DNA of 64,000 nucleotides from a virus (Duplodnaviria; Heunggongvirae; Uroviricota; Caudoviricetes): IMG/VR virus record IMGVR_UViG_3300010373_001364, positions 112,116 to 176,115 of that record; one strand, 5' to 3'. Shown piece by piece: positions 44,029 to 52,010 of this stretch (position 1 is its first letter; each line of letters starts with the position of its first letter). The notes under the pieces were generated by a model. It saw only the letters and a program-made list of their open reading frames with translations, ran no database searches and was not told where the DNA came from. The position numbers and the translations under genes were made by a program.

Positions 44029-44058
44029 AACACCCGCATCTTGCGGGTGTTTATTTTT
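44029..44058 (+). terminator. rho-independent terminator
   Basis: 10-bp stem AACACCCGCA/TGCGGGTGTT, loop TCTT, then TATTTTT. Confidence 0.65.
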
Positions 44059-44095
44059 CCACAAGTCCTTATCCCTGCACGACTTGGAAAATCCA

Positions 44096-44124
44096 TTGGA
44101 TTCGTCCATGCTTTTTGGTATACT
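44096..44124 (+). promoter_or_regulatory. sigma70-like promoter (TTGGAT-17-TATACT with TGn)
   Basis: -35 at 44096-44101. Extended -10 TGgTATACT ending at 44124. Lies 57 nt upstream of the ATPase start. Confidence 0.45.
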
Positions 44125-44181
44125 GACCTATGAGCGAAAGCAGTTTACTTGCGACGAGACACCAAAAGGAGACAGGATACC

Positions 44182-45507
44182 ATGAGGGAAGATGCCGACA
44201 TCATGCGGAAGACGAAGAACCGACGCGCCCGGACGCGGCGAGAGTGGATGGATGTTTACCGCTCCATTCGCGGCACGGCTTCTGACTATGAGCGTGAAGT
44301 CATTCGTTATGCCATGCGGATGCGGGATGATTTCCCAACGCCTGAGTACGAGGTCCGCCGAGTGATTTCTGAGGCTCACTCCCAGAACGGAACGCCAGTC
44401 CACGATGATGTGATGGTTCCGGCTCCAGTGGCTGCACCTGCTCAGATAGCCTTGGCGAAACAGCCGCTTAACATCAATCTTGACCGCATCTTTAAGGAAG
44501 CACTGAATGAGCGTGCCTTAAACTACCTACGCGGCTTACGGGCACCGGAAAACTACAATCCGCGCCCATCCCTCGACCAGCTACGGGACAGTTTCAAGAA
44601 GAACAACTACTTTATATCTGAGGATGACCTGTTCACCATCCATCAGGCGATCTCTGGTGGGCGTCCCATTAAAGTTGATGGACCCCCAGGTGTCGGCAAG
44701 ACTGAACTCGCCAAGCAGATCGGAATCGCGATGGGGCTGGACGTGCGCAACCCCCTGCACTTTGGAGAGTTGTTTGTTACGCCTGACATTTCCAAGGAAG
44801 AAGCATTCTACCGCTGGAACGACGCTCTGCGTCTGATTGACATGCAGTTGATCAGCGGTTTCGCGGATCGCATGGACAATGACGAGCTTCAGCGCGTTTA
44901 TGAGCAGGTATCCGATAATACCTACAGCCCGCGTTACCTTGATCTGCAAGTGCTGGTTCGCGCCTGCGTGATCCCATACAGCACTGTTTGTCTCGTCGAT
45001 GAAATTGACAAGGCATATCATGAATTTGATAACTACCTTCTGGGCGTTGTTGACCAGAACCACTTCATCGTGCCTGAGTTCGGGCGCGTGGGACGGGCGG
45101 CTCATGATCCGGCGACTGCGCCGATTTTCGTGATGACCAGCAACATGACCCGCGCTCTCAGTGGACCCCTTGTCCGGCGATGCAAGGCAGTCTTCTACGA
45201 CTATCTTGACGAGACTCTGGAGGCGAAGGTAATCAATGCCAAGGCGGGTATGACGATCCTTGACGCAGGAAAGGTTGCCGCTTTCTTTAAGAAGATTCGC
45301 AAGCATGAAAAGCTACGACTCCAGCAACCTCCCTCCACTGCGGAAGTCATCGAGACTTCCAGAGCGGTAATGGAACATAAGATGGACGTAACCGAGCAGA
45401 ACCTCTTTAAGCTGCATGGACACTGGATCAAGTACCGTGTAGATTACATTGCCATCAGCGACTTGTTCCTTCGCGGCGACGGTTCCTGGGCAGAAGGAGT
45501 GAACTAA
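44182..45507 (+). CDS. MoxR-like AAA+ ATPase (AAA_5 / CbbQ-NirQ-GvpN group) with Arg-rich N-terminal extension
   Basis: Walker A VDGPPGVGKTELAK. Walker B CLVDEIDKA. Sensor and Arg-finger region SNMTRALSGPLVRRC. AGGAGACAGG RBS. Confidence 0.8.
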   Translation: MREDADIMRKTKNRRARTRREWMDVYRSIRGTASDYEREVIRYAMRMRDDFPTPEYEVRRVISEAHSQNGTPVHDDVMVPAPVAAPAQIALAKQPLNINLDRIFKEALNERALNYLRGLRAPENYNPRPSLDQLRDSFKKNNYFISEDDLFTIHQAISGGRPIKVDGPPGVGKTELAKQIGIAMGLDVRNPLHFGELFVTPDISKEEAFYRWNDALRLIDMQLISGFADRMDNDELQRVYEQVSDNTYSPRYLDLQVLVRACVIPYSTVCLVDEIDKAYHEFDNYLLGVVDQNHFIVPEFGRVGRAAHDPATAPIFVMTSNMTRALSGPLVRRCKAVFYDYLDETLEAKVINAKAGMTILDAGKVAAFFKKIRKHEKLRLQQPPSTAEVIETSRAVMEHKMDVTEQNLFKLHGHWIKYRVDYIAISDLFLRGDGSWAEGVN

Positions 45508-45677
45508 TGGAAACCGACTGGCGTTTTCGGGCATGGGTAGAGAAGAATCTCCCAAAGGATAAACAAACCTTCAGCCGCGATGCGGTGGAGATGCTTCTCT
45601 CCCTTGTTTGGAAAGAAGCAAGAAGCCAGGGGCACCGAGACATCGAAAACCGCAAATACGAGGACTACGACCTGTGA
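45507..45677 (+). CDS. hypothetical small protein (56 aa)
   Basis: TAATG- and GTGA-coupled between the ATPase and the next gene. Confidence 0.35.
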   Translation: METDWRFRAWVEKNLPKDKQTFSRDAVEMLLSLVWKEARSQGHRDIENRKYEDYDL

Positions 45678-46270
45678 TCTACACCAAAGAGGAAGCCGAG
45701 AAGCTGCAATCCGAGTGGGTAGAGCGTGCCAAGAAATATAAAGCCAGGAAGTTCGACAACGCCAACCAGCAAGCCATTGAAAACCATCTCATTCAGGGTT
45801 TGATTGCTTGGGGGGATGGACCTGGCGTAGGTGCATACCATAAACTCATCCTTGAAAAGGGTGAGTGGTTTATCGGTAGAGCAAAGGTAGATGACTACGA
45901 AATCTGCAAGCAATTCCGTAAGGAATTTCGCCCAAGGATGAAGCAGTGCTTCTACAATTCCCAGATGTTCGTCGGTTGGATGGATAAAGGGAGATACTTT
46001 GAGGGTTTCATGTGCGACGGCTTTATTGCTGTCAATCATGGCTGGGTAGTGATGCCTGATGGCAAGCTGATTGACTTCACTTTGGAGGCTCGCGACCGCC
46101 ACTTGAAGCGATCTAAAGCTGACCGCGAAGGCATTTCCTTGGATAAGATCGCCTACCTTGGCGTAGAGGTTCCCACGGAGTTCATGAAAAGGAAGATCGT
46201 TGAATTGAGATCCTGCACCCTTGTGGCACACATGCATTATCTCAATGACCACCGACAAATCTGGATATGA
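45674..46270 (+). CDS. Transglutaminase-like (papain-fold) cysteine peptidase
   Basis: KQCFYNSQMF (G.C..F(A/S) Cys motif). NHGWVVMPDGKLIDFT (H.W......G..ID.T His and Asp motif) in the canonical TGL order and spacing. Confidence 0.5.
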   Translation: MIYTKEEAEKLQSEWVERAKKYKARKFDNANQQAIENHLIQGLIAWGDGPGVGAYHKLILEKGEWFIGRAKVDDYEICKQFRKEFRPRMKQCFYNSQMFVGWMDKGRYFEGFMCDGFIAVNHGWVVMPDGKLIDFTLEARDRHLKRSKADREGISLDKIAYLGVEVPTEFMKRKIVELRSCTLVAHMHYLNDHRQIWI

Positions 46271-46710
46271 AAAGAACAAACCCTACTCCCACGTTCAAAA
46301 ATCGCCGTGCCCACTACGACTACCAGCTACTCGACAGGCTTGAGTGTGGTGTAGCTCTTGTGGGCACGGAGGTTAAGAGCCTTCGGGACGGCAAATGTTC
46401 CCTTGACGGCTCCTGGGTGAAGATTGAGGACAATGAGCTTTGGCTGGTGGGTTGCGATATACCTGAGTATACTCAAGGTAATCGCATGAATCATGCCCCA
46501 AAGAGGGACCGCAAGCTGCTGGTTCATCGACGGGAGATCGATAAGTTTGCCAAGAAGTCTTTACAGAAGGGGTTTACCTTGATCCCCACTTCTGTCTACT
46601 TCAAAAACGGCAGGGCGAAGGTAGAAATCGCCGTTGCGCGTGGCAAACAATCCTTTGATAAAAGAGAAAGTATCAAGGAGCGTGATGCCAAAAGGCAGAT
46701 GGGGCATTGA
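46267..46710 (+). CDS. smpB: SsrA-binding protein SmpB
   Basis: 147 aa. NRRAHYDYQLLDRLECGVALVGTEVKSLR...DGSWVKIEDNELWLVGCDIPEY...LLVHRREIDK...GFTLIPTSVYFKNGRAKVEIAVARGK is collinear with bacterial SmpB. Confidence 0.85.
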   Translation: MKRTNPTPTFKNRRAHYDYQLLDRLECGVALVGTEVKSLRDGKCSLDGSWVKIEDNELWLVGCDIPEYTQGNRMNHAPKRDRKLLVHRREIDKFAKKSLQKGFTLIPTSVYFKNGRAKVEIAVARGKQSFDKRESIKERDAKRQMGH

Positions 46711-46958
46711 TGCTCGACTACCTGCTCCCCGGCGCAGACATTGAGTTAGTGGAACACGTTATTCGCCCAGGCTGGGATGGACCGGGACGTATTTGCCGCG
46801 AGTGTTGGGACATGACGCCTGAGCAGGCGGTGGCGTTGGCAAAGACGCTAACGCCACAAGGCGAGAACGCCGTCGCTATCCGCGCCTATCATTCCGTCAA
46901 AAGGATCTGGCTTGATACAGGTGAACCTGCGTGGAACCCAGAGGTACATAAGGGATGA
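46710..46958 (+). CDS. hypothetical protein (82 aa)
   Basis: ATG overlapping the smpB stop. Confidence 0.45.
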   Translation: MLDYLLPGADIELVEHVIRPGWDGPGRICRECWDMTPEQAVALAKTLTPQGENAVAIRAYHSVKRIWLDTGEPAWNPEVHKG

Positions 46959-47290
46959 AGTACGAAATCAAGAAGATTCACATCTATCTGGGTCCGGCTT
47001 TTGACTTGGACCTCAAAGATAGTGCTTGGGGTATCAATATGGGTGCCGAGCTTGTCGGCGAAGGATTGGTAACTCAGAACATCCACGCACAAGAGTACAC
47101 TATCTCCAGACGGTTTGATGTGGAGAAGTTCGTGGACATAGCGGAAAGCAGAGCCGCTAATGCCATACAGACAACGCTGCGTGCCCTCCGTTTCACCCAA
47201 CAGGAGATTGATGAAAAGATGCCTGATCGGGTAGAGATCAAGGAGGAGATCATCAAGTCCATCAAGTTCATGGAAAAGAGAGGTTTATGA
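46955..47290 (+). CDS. hypothetical protein (111 aa)
   Basis: ATGA-coupled. Confidence 0.5.
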   Translation: MKYEIKKIHIYLGPAFDLDLKDSAWGINMGAELVGEGLVTQNIHAQEYTISRRFDVEKFVDIAESRAANAIQTTLRALRFTQQEIDEKMPDRVEIKEEIIKSIKFMEKRGL

Positions 47291-47300
47291 GGAGGTATTT

Positions 47301-47768
47301 GTGTTTCGGAGCAAGAAAGAAGAAGCGAAAGAGAAGGTCACTTTTCACAACGTCGAGGAGATCGAGAAGGAAATAAATAGAAGCGACCTCCACCAACTGC
47401 CGACGAGTACCACCTTGACACCCCATGAGGTTTATCTCATGCGGCAAATGGGCTATAAACCCATGCAGGTAGTATTCGGCAACGTGGTGTTCTCTATGGG
47501 TGCGCTGGGCTTCCTTCGTACCATTTTCCGCGCTTTCACTCGCGGTGAGATGGTCGATTTCAGCCGCCTCAATCGTGATGCTCGACTTCTTGCCCGTAAT
47601 CGGATGTTGGAGATGGCGAAGGATTTGGGCGCGGAATCTGTCTGGGGCGTGAAGTTTGATATCAGGGAATATGCGGACTTCATTGAGGTAATTGCCACAG
47701 GAACGGCGCTTCAGAAAGATGATAGACCCATCACGCCTGCGAGTGTTCCTGTGAGCGTGGGGGTCTGA
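47301..47768 (+). CDS. YbjQ/UPF0145 (DUF74) family protein
   Basis: GGAGG RBS then GTG. GNVVFSMGALGFLRTIFRAFTRGE and WGVKFDIREYADFIEVIATGTA resemble the YbjQ family. Confidence 0.65.
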   Translation: MFRSKKEEAKEKVTFHNVEEIEKEINRSDLHQLPTSTTLTPHEVYLMRQMGYKPMQVVFGNVVFSMGALGFLRTIFRAFTRGEMVDFSRLNRDARLLARNRMLEMAKDLGAESVWGVKFDIREYADFIEVIATGTALQKDDRPITPASVPVSVGV

Positions 47769-47769
47769 T

Positions 47770-48174
47770 ATGTTTCCTCTGTTACTTAAACCATCCAAAG
47801 ACCCTTCACAGGGAACCTATCGGCACGTTGGGGTGAATACCTCTTCATGGTGGGCGAGGTTCCCTGTGAACCTGGCGAAGTGGTTCTGGCGTCTTTTTAA
47901 GGATGAGATGCTTGGACCTGCTGTGGCAGGTATGCCCATTCTGGGCAGAGTAGGCAAATCGTCCTGGCTCATCGGTATCGTCCTGATGACAATCGTCATG
48001 TTTAGGGAATGGAATTTCCATCACCTGTGGATGCACTTCAGTATTGCTGTCGTCCCTCTGGGTTTCATTGCCATCCTAGTGTCTTTTTTCACTCCTCCTC
48101 CAGACCACAAGGACCGGGAGAGGATCAAAAGGAACGAAGCTGGCAATGAAAATGGGGAGGACGACGAAGAATAG
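47770..48174 (+). CDS. membrane protein (two TM helices) with acidic C-terminus
   Basis: ATG 1 nt after the upstream stop. TMs SSWLIGIVLMTIVMF and FSIAVVPLGFIAILVSFF. Confidence 0.5.
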   Translation: MFPLLLKPSKDPSQGTYRHVGVNTSSWWARFPVNLAKWFWRLFKDEMLGPAVAGMPILGRVGKSSWLIGIVLMTIVMFREWNFHHLWMHFSIAVVPLGFIAILVSFFTPPPDHKDRERIKRNEAGNENGEDDEE

Positions 48175-48175
48175 A

Positions 48176-48204
48176 TTGGACTATGCCATTTGGTATGGTA
48201 TAGT
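48176..48204 (+). promoter_or_regulatory. sigma70-like promoter (TTGGAC-17-TATAGT)
   Basis: Near-consensus hexamers with a 17-nt spacer. 20 nt upstream of the GGAGGG RBS of the 744-aa gene. Confidence 0.5.
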
Positions 48205-48224
48205 CTAGGTGGAGGGACCAAGCG

Positions 48225-50459
48225 ATGCGAGATGACCTAGCCATTCTGAATCGCCAACTCCACACTTTTCGCGTAGATGAGTTGCAGGAGTTGCGGCGGA
48301 TCTCTGACACGATTTTCGAGCCACTCATGCGCCCATTCCGTCAGAAGCGGACGGTGCAAGAGTTCTCCTTTAAGAAGTCCTTGCGGGTTGCTCAGAGGAT
48401 CGGGGCATTCATGCCCGCCTATGAAAAGGTGGAACGCGAGCATCGCAAGAGCCGGCTGGTGATCGCCATGTCCCTTGCCGGTATCGACCGCTGTTCCGCC
48501 GTTTCCTTGATACCGCTGTTCTCTTGTCTTAAGGAAACGGCGCTGGACTTTAATTTCTACGTCTACACCGACGATCTCATCAAGGCTGAGTTCACTCCTG
48601 ATGGCTTCCTGGCAAACGATTACAAGATCGCCTGGAACCACGTCGCAGGACCAAACGTGATGCAGCGACTTGCCGATCTGGAGACGGAAAGTCAGGAAGA
48701 TATCCTGCTCATCATTGATTCTCTGGGTGGCGGGAAGAGTCGTTGGTATGATTACTGGAGTTACGAGGAGCGTAACGCGGTGCGTGAAGAACAGGAAAGA
48801 TATCTTGCCGCCGCCGGCAAGTTCTCTTTCTATACGCGCATTCGTAAGCAACTCAATGGCGACTACTCCAAGTTCAAACACATCAAAACGACCGAGGAAT
48901 GGTCGAAGCGTGTTGAAGATAACACCCTGTTTCGCTGGATGGAAACTCCCGCCCTGGAGGAGTATATGATTCGGTGGGTGTTCAATCCACAGTTCGGCAC
49001 CGTCCGACACGGTGAACTCTACATTCCTTACGTCAATGCCTTTGAGATCATGCGGAAGTTGCGGGGCAAGTTTCGTCAGATTCATTTGCTGACGCCCAAC
49101 AACCAGGGTAGCCACCGCTATACGCTGGATCGTCTGCTCAAAGCAAACGTGGTAGACTACCACCATCAGGCAAACACCATTTACGGCTTCGCCACTGTCC
49201 TATCCAACATCGTCCACGGACAGTGCCCCTTTGATGGACCGTTCACAAAGAAGGTTTCCTATGAAATCGTGAAGTTCAGCGAGTTCAAGGGCGATGAGGA
49301 GGAGAACGATGTTGTCGCCGATGAAGATGGCGGCGGCGAAGGAGGTGAACACACGAACCTTAAAGCTGCGGGCAAGTGCTTCGACCAGTGTCCGAATATG
49401 ATGCCCAATATGCCGCTGGTGACGACTGTAAAGTTGGATAAGCGCCCTCGCGGCACCAGTAGCATTCAGAACTACGAGTTGCCTTACAACGAGATCGACA
49501 TGGGCGATCTCCTTCCAACTGACATGAACATGAACGATTTTTGGAAGGGTAAAATCCTCCCGCACGATTTTGAGATCGAGCGTGGCGATTCTGAATACAC
49601 CCGTCTGCGTAAGGCAGAAGAAGTTCTGGACACCATTAAGCAGCACCATGTTGTTTTCAAGAAGGGGTATGGCTACATGGGTTTGGTGCGGGAGAGGCGT
49701 CCTGTCGTTGCCGATGCTGTGGAATTGGACGCTGTTCTCAAGGGCATTGAATACGATAAGCACCACACCAGCACACTTCAAGATGCTGTCGAGAGTTACT
49801 TATTGATGCTTGCTCCGGCGTACCACAAGTACCTGAGCGAGCTTGCCCTCAAGCATGTGATTTGGTGCAGTGTCAGCAAGTATGCTCAGGATTGCCGTGC
49901 TATCAGCGTGAATCCTAAGCAACCCATTGATGCTCGTAAACGAAGCACTTGGCATGAGCTTGGGCACCATCTGGAATCCGTCTGTCCACCTGTAGGAGCG
50001 TTCACTAACGAGCTTCTCCGACAGAAGGGCGGTAAGTTCGACCGGAAGAAATTGGTTCAAGTGGGTGCCGGTGGTGAATGGGCGATGCCTGTCACTAATG
50101 GCAGTCCTGATTGGATCAAGCCTTATGCCGGGAAGTGGTACAAACGGTGTCATCACAATCTTCCGAACGACACGGAGATTATCTCCGTTCACTCTGAGTT
50201 CTTTACGGACAAGGAGCGACTTGCACACCTGATCAAGCACGATCCCAGCTTGGTGCGATTTATGGCGTTTGTCTACATGGGCGGACCCATTGCCGCAATG
50301 AAGGCACTTCAAGACCTGAAGCGCAAGGAGGCTCTTGCAGAGATCGATCAGAGGGACCGTAAGGCTTCTGGATATACCAGCGGCAGGAGAGGAGGCGGCG
50401 GGCGTGGTAGTCGAGGAGGCGGCTACCGTGGCAAGACTAACCACGGCTTCGGCTTCTAG
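48225..50459 (+). CDS. Large multidomain protein: N-terminal unknown domains, ImmA/IrrE (M78)-like zinc metallopeptidase module, C-terminal RGG/Gly-Arg-rich tail
   Basis: 744 aa. STWHELGHHLESV zincin motif. Tail SGRRGGGGRGSRGGGYRGK. Flanked by its own promoter and terminator. Confidence 0.6.
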   Translation: MRDDLAILNRQLHTFRVDELQELRRISDTIFEPLMRPFRQKRTVQEFSFKKSLRVAQRIGAFMPAYEKVEREHRKSRLVIAMSLAGIDRCSAVSLIPLFSCLKETALDFNFYVYTDDLIKAEFTPDGFLANDYKIAWNHVAGPNVMQRLADLETESQEDILLIIDSLGGGKSRWYDYWSYEERNAVREEQERYLAAAGKFSFYTRIRKQLNGDYSKFKHIKTTEEWSKRVEDNTLFRWMETPALEEYMIRWVFNPQFGTVRHGELYIPYVNAFEIMRKLRGKFRQIHLLTPNNQGSHRYTLDRLLKANVVDYHHQANTIYGFATVLSNIVHGQCPFDGPFTKKVSYEIVKFSEFKGDEEENDVVADEDGGGEGGEHTNLKAAGKCFDQCPNMMPNMPLVTTVKLDKRPRGTSSIQNYELPYNEIDMGDLLPTDMNMNDFWKGKILPHDFEIERGDSEYTRLRKAEEVLDTIKQHHVVFKKGYGYMGLVRERRPVVADAVELDAVLKGIEYDKHHTSTLQDAVESYLLMLAPAYHKYLSELALKHVIWCSVSKYAQDCRAISVNPKQPIDARKRSTWHELGHHLESVCPPVGAFTNELLRQKGGKFDRKKLVQVGAGGEWAMPVTNGSPDWIKPYAGKWYKRCHHNLPNDTEIISVHSEFFTDKERLAHLIKHDPSLVRFMAFVYMGGPIAAMKALQDLKRKEALAEIDQRDRKASGYTSGRRGGGGRGSRGGGYRGKTNHGFGF

Positions 50460-50465
50460 CGGCAT

Positions 50466-50512
50466 AACAGGGGCGACGTTGACTTTACAACGTCGCCCCT
50501 GTTATATTACTT
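50466..50512 (+). terminator. rho-independent terminator (16-bp perfect stem)
   Basis: AACAGGGGCGACGTTG-ACTTTA-CAACGTCGCCCCTGTT followed by a U-rich tract. A TTGACT-18-TATATT promoter-like pair is embedded in it. Confidence 0.65.
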
Positions 50513-50534
50513 GCGATGGTTTACCTAGAAGGAA

Positions 50535-51287
50535 ATGGAAACAATGCCGAAGACAAAGAAAGAAACTACAAATACGCCGAAGTTGTATCATGGTACGACC
50601 GAAATCATTGCTAAGACGGCGTGCATCAAGGGGTTACTTCCTTATGAAGTTGATGCCACTGACAATGGTGTCCCGCGCAGGATATTGGCATCAACTGCTG
50701 GAGGCATCTGTTTGACATCATCCTACCCTGGTTTGATGGCTTTTGAAACCGCAGATCACAAAGAACGGTGGGGCATTATTGAGGTTGATGCTTCGCACCT
50801 TTCTCCTGAATCTTTGCTCCCTTATGAGGGTTTTTTGGTCGAAAAGACCAAGGCGAAGATCACGAACGAGGAAGATCGACTCAAGAAGTTAGCCCAAATC
50901 CGTCAAAGCCTTTCGACTCATCACCGTAAGTGGAGAGAGTCACTCAACAATTTTGGGATGTGCATTTACGCGGCTGAAATACCGTTTCACGCCATTTCCA
51001 AAGTGACGATCTACAACCCCCAATCCAACCCGGTGATGACTAAAGCCATCCTTGGTTCCGTGGTCCTGGGTAGCAAGTTTCATCCGTCAAACATGAATCG
51101 CCAGCACATGATTTCACGCTGGTTGATCGGTGACAATGTTACACCGGAAGAATGGCTGGGTCCAACTGTTTACGCAAAAATGGAACACGCCGAACGAGAA
51201 CGTGTTAGTCAGGTCTTGCGAAACAAAAACGGTCTTGATATCTTCTACTCTGGTACACCCAATGGCAAGAAAGTGACTTGGTGGTAG
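50535..51287 (+). CDS. YHGT-motif protein with ADP-ribosyltransferase-fold similarity (Arr / Tpt1-KptA / DarT-like)
   Basis: N-terminus KLYHGTTEIIAKTACIKGLLPY parallels KptA [21 protein letters not shown] and Arr FYHGTKANL...DLL. Downstream SSYPG and IIEVD are candidate Y and E/D positions of an H-Y-E triad. Confidence 0.45.
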   Translation: METMPKTKKETTNTPKLYHGTTEIIAKTACIKGLLPYEVDATDNGVPRRILASTAGGICLTSSYPGLMAFETADHKERWGIIEVDASHLSPESLLPYEGFLVEKTKAKITNEEDRLKKLAQIRQSLSTHHRKWRESLNNFGMCIYAAEIPFHAISKVTIYNPQSNPVMTKAILGSVVLGSKFHPSNMNRQHMISRWLIGDNVTPEEWLGPTVYAKMEHAERERVSQVLRNKNGLDIFYSGTPNGKKVTWW

Positions 51288-51288
51288 A

Positions 51289-51543
51289 ATGAGAACTGAC
51301 TGCTTCTACATTTACAAGGGCAAGCCAGTTGCCATCGATCAAGGGGAATCACCACTTTTTGAGGTGGTGAAAGAGACTGAGGATGAAATTCAGGTTCGCT
51401 TTATTCAAAGAACCATTCGCCAGCCCAAGATGGTTGCCAAGAAGGATTTGGTGCCTCTCACCAAAGAACTTGCCAATCAACTGATTAGTGAGTACAACGT
51501 CCGTAACCATGCACTTTACGAGTGCCTTCGTTACATGGAGTGA
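51289..51543 (+). CDS. hypothetical protein (84 aa)
   Basis: ATG 1 nt after the upstream stop. Confidence 0.45.
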   Translation: MRTDCFYIYKGKPVAIDQGESPLFEVVKETEDEIQVRFIQRTIRQPKMVAKKDLVPLTKELANQLISEYNVRNHALYECLRYME

Positions 51544-51545
51544 AG

Positions 51546-51956
51546 ATGAACATCATTTCCGCAAAGCGAGCCGCCGAGTTCGCGAACATTCAGAAGATGG
51601 ACAGTAGGGGCAGAGTGACACATGCCTTGATTCCTGGGCATAAAGGTGCCTGGTATGAAGTCCTGATCCGTCGCTACATACAGGACGGAGTTCAGGTTAT
51701 AGCCACCCAATGCACTTGCGTCAAAGATAAACAACCTTGCAAGGGCAACGCCAATAACATCTGCTATCACAGCTTGGCAGCTATCATGGCTGGTGCCGAG
51801 AAGACGAAAGTCCGTGTTTCTTTCTGTAAAACGAAAGAAGCCGCGAGCCGACTGGTCAACATCGGAGGAACCTCACACATCGTCCAGTCCCTCCAGAGCC
51901 AAAAATCTATCTGGATGATTGCAAAGGACTTAATAGAGGCGACGATGGCTTGTTAA
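51546..51956 (+). CDS. SWIM-type zinc-finger protein
   Basis: ATQCTCVKDKQPCKGNANNICYH matches CxCxnCxH. Confidence 0.5.
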   Translation: MNIISAKRAAEFANIQKMDSRGRVTHALIPGHKGAWYEVLIRRYIQDGVQVIATQCTCVKDKQPCKGNANNICYHSLAAIMAGAEKTKVRVSFCKTKEAASRLVNIGGTSHIVQSLQSQKSIWMIAKDLIEATMAC

Positions 51957-51977
51957 GCTCCGTTCCTATGATATAAT
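51950..51977 (+). promoter_or_regulatory. sigma70-like promoter (TTGTTA-16-TATAAT)
   Basis: -35 overlaps the stop codon of the upstream gene. Consensus -10. 33 nt upstream of the GTG start at 52011. Confidence 0.4.
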
Positions 51978-52010
51978 AGGAAGGAAGTTCCCTCCCCATA
52001 GGAGATCAAT

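Noticed and set aside
44581-46279. Minus-strand ORFs of 241 and 204 aa
   Set aside because: Antisense to the AAA+ ATPase and transglutaminase-like genes, which carry Walker and TGL motifs in the + frame.
48237-50465. Three long minus-strand ORFs (309, 193, 221 aa) inside the 744-aa gene
   Set aside because: Antisense shadow ORFs in a GC-balanced long gene. The + frame carries the HELGHH and RGG motifs and has its own promoter, RBS and terminator.
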